A stretch of 64,000 nt of DNA, taken from positions 1 to 64,000 of the forward strand of contig JBFOMH010000013.1 in assembly GCA_040830765.1 (NCBI GenBank), given 5' to 3'. Of this stretch, positions 8,014-17,618 are shown piece by piece (position 1 is the first letter of the stretch; each line of letters begins with the position of its first letter). This stretch comes from Puniceicoccaceae bacterium. Lineage in GTDB: Bacteria > Verrucomicrobiota > Verrucomicrobiia > Opitutales > Oceanipulchritudinaceae. The notes under the pieces are model-generated. The model was not told the origin of the DNA. It made no database searches and saw nothing but the letters and a program-made list of their open reading frames with translations. A program made the translations under genes and the position numbers.

Positions 8014-9096
8014 ATGACCCGATTATCCCGACTCTCCGTTTTCACCGTAATCCTCACATCAATCGTCGGACCAACCTTCGCAGGTCAATGGTACCGGGGC
8101 AACACCCATGCCCATACCGAAATCTGCGGCCACGCCGACTCGACTCCTGACGCAGTGGCCCGGTGGTATCTTGACCACGGCTACCACTTCCTCGTGTTGA
8201 GTGAACATAACCATTTCATCGATCCCGCAACGGTGGAATTACCGGATCCGCGCCGGGAGGACTTCATCCTCATACCCGGTGAGGAAGTGACCGGCAAGAA
8301 AACCATCCACACGACCGCCTTGAACATTGGTGCTCTCGTCCCCTGGGACTTCGACCACGACGAAAAGTGGCGGATCATTCAGAATCATGTCGACGGCATC
8401 CGCCATGAAAGCGGTCATCCGATCATCAACCACCCCAACTACAAGTTTGCGGTTGGGGCTGAGGACCTTCTCCCGGTCAAGGGCTTGCACATGCTGGAAC
8501 TTTACAATGGCCATCCGGCTGTAAAAAACTTCGGCGACGAGGAACACCCTTCCATTGAAGAGATGTGGGACCAGTTGCTTTCAGCCGGGATGATGATTTA
8601 CGGGGTCGCCAGTGACGACATGCACGAGTTGAAAACGATTCAGCCAGACAAGTCCAATCCGGGACGGGGATGGGTCATGGTCAAGGCCGCTGAACTGACG
8701 CCCGACGCTATTTCGGAAGCAATGGCAGAAGGTGCATTCTACTCCAGCAGCGGGGTTTTCCTCAAGAAGTGCGGTGTGAAGGACGGTGCCTATGTCGTCG
8801 AGGTCGATGAGCAAGCGACGGTCGGCGAATTGGCCCAATCGGTCAATATTTGGGCCTACATGGTCCATGAAGGGAAGGAAGGATTCGAGATCGCGTTCAT
8901 TGGTCCTGAAGGGGCTGTCCTGGCTTCATCCCGTGGTAATTCTGCGAGCTTCACCCTTGATCCTTCCATCTCCTATGTACGGCCGAAGGTAACCTTCACC
9001 CGCCGCTATCCGGAACATGGCTTCGAGCAATATTTTGCCTGGGGCCAGCCGGTATTCATGGATGGCCGCGACGGCAACGGAACGCCTGAGCACTGA
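8014..9096 (+). CDS. Secreted PHP-domain (CehA/McbA-like) metallohydrolase
   Basis: Signal peptide; GNTHAHT, SEHN, GEE, INHP, ELYNG, SDDMH metal ligands. Confidence 0.8.
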   Translation: MTRLSRLSVFTVILTSIVGPTFAGQWYRGNTHAHTEICGHADSTPDAVARWYLDHGYHFLVLSEHNHFIDPATVELPDPRREDFILIPGEEVTGKKTIHTTALNIGALVPWDFDHDEKWRIIQNHVDGIRHESGHPIINHPNYKFAVGAEDLLPVKGLHMLELYNGHPAVKNFGDEEHPSIEEMWDQLLSAGMMIYGVASDDMHELKTIQPDKSNPGRGWVMVKAAELTPDAISEAMAEGAFYSSSGVFLKKCGVKDGAYVVEVDEQATVGELAQSVNIWAYMVHEGKEGFEIAFIGPEGAVLASSRGNSASFTLDPSISYVRPKVTFTRRYPEHGFEQYFAWGQPVFMDGRDGNGTPEH

Positions 9097-9212
9097 ACAT
9101 TTCCTCAGGGATCGCTGGTCCCCTGCCGTCGCGCTTCGAAAGACCGGGCTACGGATTGAACCCCCAAATTCAAAACCTCTTCCCCCTGTTAACCCAATAA
9201 CCATTGCCCATC

Positions 9213-9989
9213 ATGAATGTTTACCTCGCTGAATTTGTCGGCACATTGATCCTGATCCTCCTCGGCAATGGGGCGGTGGCCAATGTGGTTCTCAAACAAT
9301 CAAAAGGCCACGGTGGCGGCTGGATCGTCATAACAGCCGGATGGGGGTTTGCGGTTGCCATTGCAGTGTATTCCGTCGGACGGATCAGCGGGGCGCATAT
9401 TAACCCGGCAGTGACGGTCGCGCTGGCCAGCGTGGGTGAATTTGAGTGGTCATTCGTTCCTGGATACGTGATATCCCAAACGGCGGGTGCCTTCACCGGT
9501 GCAGTCCTTGTCTACCTGACCTACCTGCCTCATTGGGCCTTAACCGACGACCAAGGGTTGAAACTGGCCACCTTTTCCACCGCTCCCGCCGTCCGGAAAC
9601 CGGTAGCCAACCTGCTTACGGAAATCATTGGCACCATCGTGCTCGTCTTTGGTGTCTTGAGCCTTGTTTCCATCAGTGCCGGGATGGGGACTCCAGACGG
9701 AACAGATGTAGCCGCTCTCTCACTACATGAGACAATGGTAGCCGGACTCAGCACCTTCATAACGCCGATGCTGGTCGGCATTCTGGTCTTCTCGATTGGC
9801 CTCAGCCTCGGGGGCCCAACCGGCTATGCGATCAATCCCGCCCGTGATCTTGGACCACGGCTTGCCCATGCTGTTCTTCCCATAGCCGGCAAGGGAAAGA
9901 GCGACTGGAGCTATGCCTGGATTCCGGTGGTCGGCCCCCTCGCAGGAGGGGTTATCGGCGCGACCCTGTTCAAGCTGTGCGGATTTTGA
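9213..9989 (+). CDS. glpF: Aquaglyceroporin / glycerol uptake facilitator
   Basis: SGAHINPAVT and GYAINPARDLGPR (NPA-R-D glyceroporin signature). Confidence 0.92.
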   Translation: MNVYLAEFVGTLILILLGNGAVANVVLKQSKGHGGGWIVITAGWGFAVAIAVYSVGRISGAHINPAVTVALASVGEFEWSFVPGYVISQTAGAFTGAVLVYLTYLPHWALTDDQGLKLATFSTAPAVRKPVANLLTEIIGTIVLVFGVLSLVSISAGMGTPDGTDVAALSLHETMVAGLSTFITPMLVGILVFSIGLSLGGPTGYAINPARDLGPRLAHAVLPIAGKGKSDWSYAWIPVVGPLAGGVIGATLFKLCGF

Positions 9990-10026
9990 CGGGATTCTGT
10001 AACCGGCCTGACGGAGCGGTACTGCT

Positions 10027-11418
10027 CTAATCTGCCCTGGAACGGATGTGCTCCATCAGCAGTTGTGCATGTCTGTCGATTCTGGATTCCCAAGTGGAAA
10101 CGCCGTTAACCAAATCGGAAGCATGGAGCACAAAGGGTCTCCAAATTGGCCGACCATCCGTACCGATGACGTTGAACGTGAGCTTGGCTTCCCCACTGAA
10201 GTCGAATTCAATGAGACCGAAGTTCGGCGACTGGGAAAACGGCACACGGATGCGGGATTCCTGTGGATCGTCGGGCATACGGAAGAGCGCGCCCCGCAAG
10301 GGGACCTGGGCCAGTGGTGAACTGACGAGGTCGTAGAGGTCGTATCCGCCATGGTCCGACCATGGAATCACATTCAGCTCCGCCGTGTGCGTATCCCCGG
10401 AAACAAGGACCACCCCGGAGATTTCCTCGTCCCGGATGAAGTCGAACAACCCGTTGCGCTCATGCAGAAAGTCTCCCCAGGAGTCGGATGACTTGAAGCT
10501 GGTCCAGGGACCCCCGTTGACCAGCACCTTGAACACCGCGTCGCTTTTACCAAGCTGGGTCTTCAGCCAGGCCAGCTGTGCGGTTCCGAGATGGGTTTTC
10601 CCCGGGGAATCCGGCTTATCCTCGGGGTCGCGGTAGTAGCGATCATCGAGGAAGAAAAAATCGACCCCGCCATAGTGGTACTCGAAAAACACGCCCGGGG
10701 TCTCATCGGTCCCATAGGAGGGATTTGCCCAGTAACGGCGAAACGCCTCGAGCATACCGGCCTTCGAGGGGTTTGTCCGGTCACTGTTGTTGAGACCGTA
10801 ATCGTGGTCGTCCCAAATGGCCAACTGGGGGACCTCCTTGAGGAATTCAACGATGTTCGGGATATCCCTTTGGCGCCGGTATTCCTCTGCGATGATATCG
10901 GGATCGAGGCTGTCGCCATAGATATTGTCCCCGGTCCAGAAGAACAGGTCCGGCCGGTAGCGGGGAAGGATCGTCCAGATCTCCTGCTTGCGGTCGTACT
11001 GGAAGCGGGCACAGGAACCGAAGGCAACGCGGAACACGCCCTTGTAGTCCTCCCCGGGGGCTGTCTTGAACGTCGATGGAGGATGCAGGCCAGTATATTT
11101 GTCGGGCTTGCCCTCGACCAACACGCGATAGAAATAACGCGTGTCCGGCTGGAGGCCTTCAACGCGCAGGGTGGCGCAATAATCGGCGTCCTTGGACAGG
11201 ATCACCGGTTCAGTGCGCCGGGCTTCCGTCATCTGCAGGTTATCGGCATATTCCACCTGCATGCTGAACTCGCCCGTTCCCCGCACCCAGACAAGGGCAT
11301 GGTCGGGGCCAACCGCCCCCAGCATGGGCCCGTTCATCATCCGTAGATATTGCCCGTTCAACAAACCTGCCGCCAGCAGCAGGCCAACAACGATTACCTT
11401 TCTTGTCTGCATTCCCAT
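10027..11418 (-). CDS. phoD: Alkaline phosphatase D family protein
   Basis: AFGSC, GDNIY.D, WDDHDY, DDRYYR, SGDTH; N-terminal signal peptide. Confidence 0.88.
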   Translation of the reverse strand: MGMQTRKVIVVGLLLAAGLLNGQYLRMMNGPMLGAVGPDHALVWVRGTGEFSMQVEYADNLQMTEARRTEPVILSKDADYCATLRVEGLQPDTRYFYRVLVEGKPDKYTGLHPPSTFKTAPGEDYKGVFRVAFGSCARFQYDRKQEIWTILPRYRPDLFFWTGDNIYGDSLDPDIIAEEYRRQRDIPNIVEFLKEVPQLAIWDDHDYGLNNSDRTNPSKAGMLEAFRRYWANPSYGTDETPGVFFEYHYGGVDFFFLDDRYYRDPEDKPDSPGKTHLGTAQLAWLKTQLGKSDAVFKVLVNGGPWTSFKSSDSWGDFLHERNGLFDFIRDEEISGVVLVSGDTHTAELNVIPWSDHGGYDLYDLVSSPLAQVPLRGALFRMPDDPQESRIRVPFSQSPNFGLIEFDFSGEAKLTFNVIGTDGRPIWRPFVLHASDLVNGVSTWESRIDRHAQLLMEHIRSRAD

Positions 11419-11498
11419 CCCTCCGTTTTGAGTTCAACTTAGTTAATCAAATGGCCGCCCCTTTGCCAATGCATAACTATTCTATGCTGCCAATTATT

Positions 11499-12905
11499 TC
11501 AGGCGCGCGGTTTCGATTTCCACATGAAAGCGAGGATGGCGATACATATCAGTCCGCACCCGACAATGAGATACAGGACAAGATTCCACGCCGCGGCCTG
11601 GCCGTGAACCTGTCCATATTCCTCGGAGATCGCCCCGAATCCCACCGCCTGGCCCGCCCGGCCGATATAGCCGAACAACCCGATGAAGCCGGCAGCCGTC
11701 CCAATCGCTTTCTTGGAGGTGAAGTCCAGCGCCATGATGGTGAACAAGTTGATCACCGGGTAGATGAAGCACCCGATGATGGAGAGGAAGACCATGTCCA
11801 GCCACAGGTACCCGGCAGGATTGATAATCAGGCCGAGGAAGGCCGCCACCACCGGAACCATACACAGGGTCGCTACCATGCCGCGCCGTCCGGAAAGCTT
11901 GTCCGAGACCCATCCGAAGAAGATGGTCGAGGGAATGGCCCCGAAATTTTGCACCATCACGGCAATCCCGCCACCGGTAATGCCGGCGCCCTTCACTTCA
12001 CGCAGATACATCGGGCCCCAGTCCCACATGCTGTACCGGGTTACATAAGCGAAGAAATTCGCAAAGGCCAGCAGCCAGATGTATTTGTTTTTCAATACAT
12101 TGTCGATGAACAGCTCCTTCGTTGTCAGCTCCTTCTCGACTGTCCCGTGCTCGCGTTCATGCTTTGTGAAGTCGTCCTTGTATTCCTCAATCGAGGGCAG
12201 GCCTTTCGACTGTGGCGTATCCATCAGCCGCAGGAACAAGTAGCCGGCCCCAATCGCGGAAATCAAGCCGGGTATGTAAAAGGCATATTGCCAGCCTCCG
12301 AAGCGGATTACCGCCCAGGCCGCCAGCACCCCGGCAATGCCTCCGCCCAGATTATGCGAGGTGTTCCAGATGCTGAAGGTCAGACCCCGCTCCTTGACGC
12401 TGAACCAATGCCCCATCGACCGCCCGCAGGGAGCCCAACCCATTCCTTGGATGAAGCCGTTCAGGGACCACAGGAACAGATGCACCGGAAAGGATGACAT
12501 CGAACCAAAGGCAAAATTGCACACTGCCGTCAGCAGCAACCCCAATGACATGAACTTACGCGGGTCGCTCCGGTCCGAAATCGAACCCATCAAAAACTTG
12601 CTCAGGCCATAACACAAAGCTGTCACCGCCGTTATCATCCCGATTTGCGTGTGCGTGTATCCCAGCGCCACGTCCATGTCCTTCGCCACCACTGCCAGGT
12701 TGTTCCGGACCAGATAAAACATGCTGTAACCCAGGAAGGTCGCTTCCAGGATCCGCCACCGGAACCGCGGATACAACCGCTTCACTTCCGCTTCCGGTAA
12801 GCGCTCAGCGTGCGGGGCCGGCCTCAGGAATTTCGGGATCCCCAGTCGCCACCGCTTTTCCGTCCGATCCTTGCCCGCATGCCCGCCTTTATTGTCTTTT
12901 TCCAT
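11499..12905 (-). CDS. glpT: Glycerol-3-phosphate transporter (OPA family MFS)
   Basis: YLVRNN, YGLSKFLMG.ISDRS, QGMGWAPCGR, WFS.KERG..WNTSHNLGG, GTAAGFIGLFGY. Confidence 0.85.
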   Translation of the reverse strand: MEKDNKGGHAGKDRTEKRWRLGIPKFLRPAPHAERLPEAEVKRLYPRFRWRILEATFLGYSMFYLVRNNLAVVAKDMDVALGYTHTQIGMITAVTALCYGLSKFLMGSISDRSDPRKFMSLGLLLTAVCNFAFGSMSSFPVHLFLWSLNGFIQGMGWAPCGRSMGHWFSVKERGLTFSIWNTSHNLGGGIAGVLAAWAVIRFGGWQYAFYIPGLISAIGAGYLFLRLMDTPQSKGLPSIEEYKDDFTKHEREHGTVEKELTTKELFIDNVLKNKYIWLLAFANFFAYVTRYSMWDWGPMYLREVKGAGITGGGIAVMVQNFGAIPSTIFFGWVSDKLSGRRGMVATLCMVPVVAAFLGLIINPAGYLWLDMVFLSIIGCFIYPVINLFTIMALDFTSKKAIGTAAGFIGLFGYIGRAGQAVGFGAISEEYGQVHGQAAAWNLVLYLIVGCGLICIAILAFMWKSKPRA

Positions 12906-12974
12906 TTGTATCCATGTTTTGACAATTGTTAAGTGGAGCAAGCTTTTTCTGGTCGGGAGGCCCGCGCAGGCCGC

Positions 12975-15533
12975 TCAATTGGCGTCGCTGATCCGGACCC
13001 GGAAGAAGAGCTGCCCATCAGTGAGGTTTTCGAGGAGAAGACGGACCGATTCCGTTCCGTCCATTTGGTCGGTGACCTGTTCCTGAATGTTGACCAGAGG
13101 CAGTCCCGCGGGAATCCAACCAGCCATATCGGCGGAAACCTCGTAAGTCCATTCCATCCCGGTTCCTCCCAGACGGACGTAGGACAATTGGGCATCACCG
13201 GAAACCAGTATCACTGAGGAAAGCGCCACTTCCACGCGCCCTGGTTCCTTCGGATTTCCCGAAAAAACAAATTCCTGATAGTTGGTGTAATTGTCATCGT
13301 CCGGATCGGCTTCCCGATCGCCTTCGAGATCACCCTCAGTGAAAAATCCAGCCCGCCAGTCGGAGTAAGTGCGCGCTGCGGAATGAAAGCGGGCCACCGG
13401 GCCGGTCGTTACCTTCCTCCCGTCATCGGCAACGACGAACCAATCGTAGGGAGTGGACGGATTGAGGCCATCCCATGAGAAAGTCACGGACGACCCGTTG
13501 GTCACTCCCTCGACCCGGTCCACCTCCTCGAAGGGCTGGATCTCGGTTCCCAGATCATAGGACAAGGAAAAGGCGCCACCAAATTCATCAAGATAAGCAT
13601 CCAGCCATGGGGAATAGGTCGAAAAATGGATCGCATTCTCAACCGGGGAGAAACGGAGCAGGCGCAGGTATCCGCTGCCACCTTGCGGATACGCCTGATA
13701 GTCCTGAACCATGGCATAGACTGTGTTGCCATTGTATTCGTTGACCCGCAGTCCCTCACCGGTCACGTGACCACCAAACATGAGGTGCAGGTTGGGATTG
13801 TCCTTCAAGACTTCATAGATGGCCTCGCCATAGGGGCTCCACACAGCTGGATTGCCTGGGTTCACCATATGGTGGCTGACGACGATGCCGCGGTGCCCCG
13901 GGTATTGTTTGAGAATGGAGTCAGCCCATTCGAAGAGATTCGGATCTATGGGATCCCGCGCAGGATCGCTGTACTCAAGGCTGATGACGATAAAGTCATA
14001 GCCGCCAGCACGGAAGAGACAGAAGAAGTTGTCGTTGTTTTCCCCGTAATGCCCGCCGTAGTAGCTGAACTTACTGTAGTGATCGATTCCGAAATAGCGG
14101 TTGAAGTAGGTGGTCGTACCCGATGAGCGCCAGATGGGCTCCTGGTCATGGTTCCCGACGTTGACCGCGTAGGGGATGCCTTCTTCAAGGCCGGTGTTAT
14201 CGGCATTGTTCAAGCGGTACATGGCGTTTATGGCGATAAGCCATTCTGCAAGGTTGTTGACTCCGCTTATTAAGTCACCCGACTCCGTGATATCTCCCAT
14301 GTGAAGGACGAAGGGGATGTTCAAGGCTTCCCTGTTTTCCACCACCCAATCCGTTTGCCGGTAGAAGATGTGACGGGAACCACCCCGGGTCTCGCCGGTA
14401 TAGAACTGAGTGTCAGGAAGGAGGACCACGGTGAAGGGTTCTTCGTCTGTGGTCGGGGCTTTCCGCCCATAAAGGGTGACGTCCATCGGATCCCCGTTTG
14501 CATCCGTTATCTCGACCATTGGAAGGGCAGGCTCATGAACGCCCGTCGAACCATCCATTGGTTCAAAGACTTCCCCGACAACCGGGGCCATGTTATCCGG
14601 ATCCGTGTCGAAGGTGACAACAAGTTCCGGCCTGCGTTCAGGTACGGTATTGTGGGTCATGTAATAGGCATACCCGTCGCTCCAGCCCGTGCGGATCAAC
14701 CACCCATGTTGTGCCTCTCCGTTCAACCAGGCCATGACTGCCGGGGTCACATCCAGCTCGTAGGTATAATCGGTCTTGCCGAAAGTATTGATGTCATCGT
14801 AGATGGCTTTGGCCTCCACATCATCAATCTGCACGCCGTCACCTCCCAGTTCGGCAGCATTCCAGGATGTGTTAATTCCCCATGGGACCAGCATCTGGTG
14901 AAAGGAAACCGTCTTGTAACTCTGGGCATTGGAGTTTGTCCCAAGATAAATGCGCAGGATGGCCCGGCTCAGGGATGCTCCCGGGGGCAGGCGATCCGGC
15001 TCCTCGCCAATGATCCCACTGAAATCGAGCAATGCCTGATTGTCCCCATTGGAGCCATTGTTATCCACCCAGACGTAGCTTGTCTTGAAACTCTCCGTGG
15101 GCTGATCTTCCCGGATCCCAACGTCAACCGCACCTTCGTAGTTCCCGAGTCCTTGTACGAAGCTCAGGCTCCGCATACCGAAGGCCTTGTCATCGGTAAT
15201 GGCTTGGGCCAAACCACTGCTGGCGGCCCCGTCCTGGTTGCGGGCCGATACCCGGTATTGGTAGAATTCACCCGCTACCAAACCCTCATCGAGGTACATG
15301 CTGGTGTTCGGTTGCAAGCCATCCACGAGCAGGACCCAGTCGCCCTCGCGACCGTCCCGCCGGAAAACCTCGTAGCTCAACTCATCGGCCGCGGTGTCCT
15401 GCCAGGACAGTTGGATGCCGGACTCGGAAATTGGCCATGCCCTCAATTGAGCTGGACTCGCCGGTACGGCCGCGTAGCCATGGCAATAAAAGACGAAGAG
15501 GGAGAAGATAAGGAAATAGGCTTTCTGATTCAT
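12975..15533 (-). CDS. Secreted multidomain calcineurin-like metallophosphoesterase (FnIII + DNRLRE-like + phosphoesterase + C-terminal module)
   Basis: Signal peptide; FnIII LSW..Y.YRVSA; PDTQ, HMGD, GNHD, SHH, GGH motifs; start at MNQKAY. Confidence 0.8.
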   Translation of the reverse strand: MNQKAYFLIFSLFVFYCHGYAAVPASPAQLRAWPISESGIQLSWQDTAADELSYEVFRRDGREGDWVLLVDGLQPNTSMYLDEGLVAGEFYQYRVSARNQDGAASSGLAQAITDDKAFGMRSLSFVQGLGNYEGAVDVGIREDQPTESFKTSYVWVDNNGSNGDNQALLDFSGIIGEEPDRLPPGASLSRAILRIYLGTNSNAQSYKTVSFHQMLVPWGINTSWNAAELGGDGVQIDDVEAKAIYDDINTFGKTDYTYELDVTPAVMAWLNGEAQHGWLIRTGWSDGYAYYMTHNTVPERRPELVVTFDTDPDNMAPVVGEVFEPMDGSTGVHEPALPMVEITDANGDPMDVTLYGRKAPTTDEEPFTVVLLPDTQFYTGETRGGSRHIFYRQTDWVVENREALNIPFVLHMGDITESGDLISGVNNLAEWLIAINAMYRLNNADNTGLEEGIPYAVNVGNHDQEPIWRSSGTTTYFNRYFGIDHYSKFSYYGGHYGENNDNFFCLFRAGGYDFIVISLEYSDPARDPIDPNLFEWADSILKQYPGHRGIVVSHHMVNPGNPAVWSPYGEAIYEVLKDNPNLHLMFGGHVTGEGLRVNEYNGNTVYAMVQDYQAYPQGGSGYLRLLRFSPVENAIHFSTYSPWLDAYLDEFGGAFSLSYDLGTEIQPFEEVDRVEGVTNGSSVTFSWDGLNPSTPYDWFVVADDGRKVTTGPVARFHSAARTYSDWRAGFFTEGDLEGDREADPDDDNYTNYQEFVFSGNPKEPGRVEVALSSVILVSGDAQLSYVRLGGTGMEWTYEVSADMAGWIPAGLPLVNIQEQVTDQMDGTESVRLLLENLTDGQLFFRVRISDAN

Positions 15534-15543
15534 CGGTATCGGA

Positions 15544-16593
15544 TCACGGGGTTGCATTGCAGGTAAGGACCGGCGCATCGGGTACTTGAAGGAAATATTG
15601 CGGAGAATCACCTTCACGAACGACTGAGGTGTAAAGGACCTCAATTCCTTGGCCGAGCAATGAATTCACCAGTTGAATTTCATTTGGAATTTCCTTCAGC
15701 GTTGAGCATATCCGCAGCTCGACCATTCCATCATGAAGGTCACCCGGATTTTCACTAGCACCATGGGCAATGTCATGGGCTGACATGGAATAGGTCCGGA
15801 GGCTTATCGATCCCCTTTCCATTGGTTCACCGTCAATCGAAAGGGAAAAGTGAGAGGCCATGAAATCCTTGATCGTCTCGATGTCCGGTTCCCGTGAAAG
15901 AGACAGCTTCTCAAGCAGAAATCTTGCCGGGATAAACACCCTCCAGCTCATCTCTTCGTGGCCCAATGTCAGGATGGCGTTCACCGGCCGGTTACGCCAG
16001 CCGGCCACAGACGAAGACAGGCCAGTCTGTTCTGCCACTGGTACTGGTCGGGAGATCCAGTCAAGCGATACAGCCAACGGTAAACCTATACCGATACCGG
16101 CCGGAAGCATGAGCAGTTCCCCCTCTTGCCGAATAATTATCTGTGCCGGAAAGCCCCCACCCTTGGACCCGGTGACAAAGTTCGCCCAGAAAATGAGGTT
16201 TTCAGGCGCGCTGGACAAAGAGTGCTTCACACCAATGGAAACGGATTGCTGGTTCGCCGGAAGCCACCGGTCAGGGCCGGATTCCACATCCGGCAGGTTG
16301 ATCTCGAAAGAACCGGCGGGTGGCAGCAACTCACCATCCGCAACCACTCGGATCCGCCCGACCAGCAGTTCGGATCCATGACGAAGGATCTGCCCCCGCT
16401 CATCCGTGGACAGGCTCTCCCAATCAGCCAGGGTGGTTCCCGTCAACTCAAGCAAGTCAACAACGACCGCATTGATGGCGATCCGTACTTCATCCTTCCG
16501 CACATCCGCACGGATGCTCGTTGAATTCCGGCCATGGCCTTCCAGGAGAGAAGGCAGGACCAACAGGATGAGTAACGGTAGTACCCGGTTCAT
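15544..16593 (-). CDS. Secreted hypothetical protein (His right after the signal peptide, two internally similar halves)
   Basis: Signal MNRVLPLLILLVLPSLLEG-HG; co-oriented within the operon; repeated ..DGE.. segments. Confidence 0.6.
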   Translation of the reverse strand: MNRVLPLLILLVLPSLLEGHGRNSTSIRADVRKDEVRIAINAVVVDLLELTGTTLADWESLSTDERGQILRHGSELLVGRIRVVADGELLPPAGSFEINLPDVESGPDRWLPANQQSVSIGVKHSLSSAPENLIFWANFVTGSKGGGFPAQIIIRQEGELLMLPAGIGIGLPLAVSLDWISRPVPVAEQTGLSSSVAGWRNRPVNAILTLGHEEMSWRVFIPARFLLEKLSLSREPDIETIKDFMASHFSLSIDGEPMERGSISLRTYSMSAHDIAHGASENPGDLHDGMVELRICSTLKEIPNEIQLVNSLLGQGIEVLYTSVVREGDSPQYFLQVPDAPVLTCNATP

Positions 16594-16660
16594 TTCAACT
16601 CGATGGTTACGAAGCTCCCCGTCCGGGGAAGCGTTCATTGGCAGGCGTTTTCGTCCGCCG

Positions 16661-17575
16661 TCAGTCAGCTCCATGCACCAATGCCATGGCCTTCCAGAGA
16701 ATAGCGGTGTTGTTGGTTATGACACCGTCCACGCCAGCTTCCAAAAGACGTTTTGCAGGCTCCAGCTCATTGATGGTGTAGATATACAGCTTAAATCCCT
16801 TTTCATGTGCATAGCTGATCGTTTCCGGTGTAATCTGGGCATTCCAGACAAGAACCTTGGCACCTGTTTTAGCCGCTTCGTCAATCCATTCGCGGGAAAG
16901 TGCACGTTCCTCCTTTGAAAGTTTCTTTCCTTTCCAGACCCTGCTCGGACCAATGGCCCCAAGGACTTGCTCCGGAAGCATCTCATGGACGGCAGTGACA
17001 TATTCCCAATCGAACGACTGGACAATGACTTCATTGACCAGATCCTTGTCCTTAAGGAGAGCCACGATATGCTCCGCGCTCCCGGCCTTCCTCTCGACAA
17101 GGGTCATCCCCCCCTCCTGGATGGCGTCAATAGCCTCCTCAAGGGTGGGCAGGCGAATCCCGGCAAACATCGGGTCGTACCAAGTCCCGGCATCGAGCGT
17201 TTGCATTTCAGCACGTGACCTTTCGACCACCTTGACCTCGGTCCCACCCCAGGCTGCGGTGACATTGGTAGTCCGGTCAAGGGTCTTGTCATGAATGACA
17301 ATCCCCTCGCCGTCCCGGTCGACATGATAATCGAGTTCGACAAGGTCGGCACCAGCAAGGTTGGCCAGACGGAATCCCACGATTGAGTTCTCAGGAGCGA
17401 CGGTCGGATAGCCCCGGTGGGCGATCACCAGAGGCCGGTCAACTTCCAGCATTTTCTCCGCGGGACTTGTTGCCTGGGCCGACAAACACATGCCCAAGCA
17501 TACTGCCAGGGCAGTCGCCGGGACAAGACGCATTTGGCTGAAACGATGGTTTAATGTTTGAATAGATGATTTCAT
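16661..17575 (-). CDS. Glycerophosphodiester phosphodiesterase (GDPD)
   Basis: IAHRG..APENS, VELD, IVIHD.TLDRTT, QSFD, GVDGVITN; signal peptide. Confidence 0.92.
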   Translation of the reverse strand: MKSSIQTLNHRFSQMRLVPATALAVCLGMCLSAQATSPAEKMLEVDRPLVIAHRGYPTVAPENSIVGFRLANLAGADLVELDYHVDRDGEGIVIHDKTLDRTTNVTAAWGGTEVKVVERSRAEMQTLDAGTWYDPMFAGIRLPTLEEAIDAIQEGGMTLVERKAGSAEHIVALLKDKDLVNEVIVQSFDWEYVTAVHEMLPEQVLGAIGPSRVWKGKKLSKEERALSREWIDEAAKTGAKVLVWNAQITPETISYAHEKGFKLYIYTINELEPAKRLLEAGVDGVITNNTAILWKAMALVHGAD

Positions 17576-17618
17576 AATATGTCTCCGGTTAAAGTTTCGG
17601 GTTTCGACAATAAAGGGG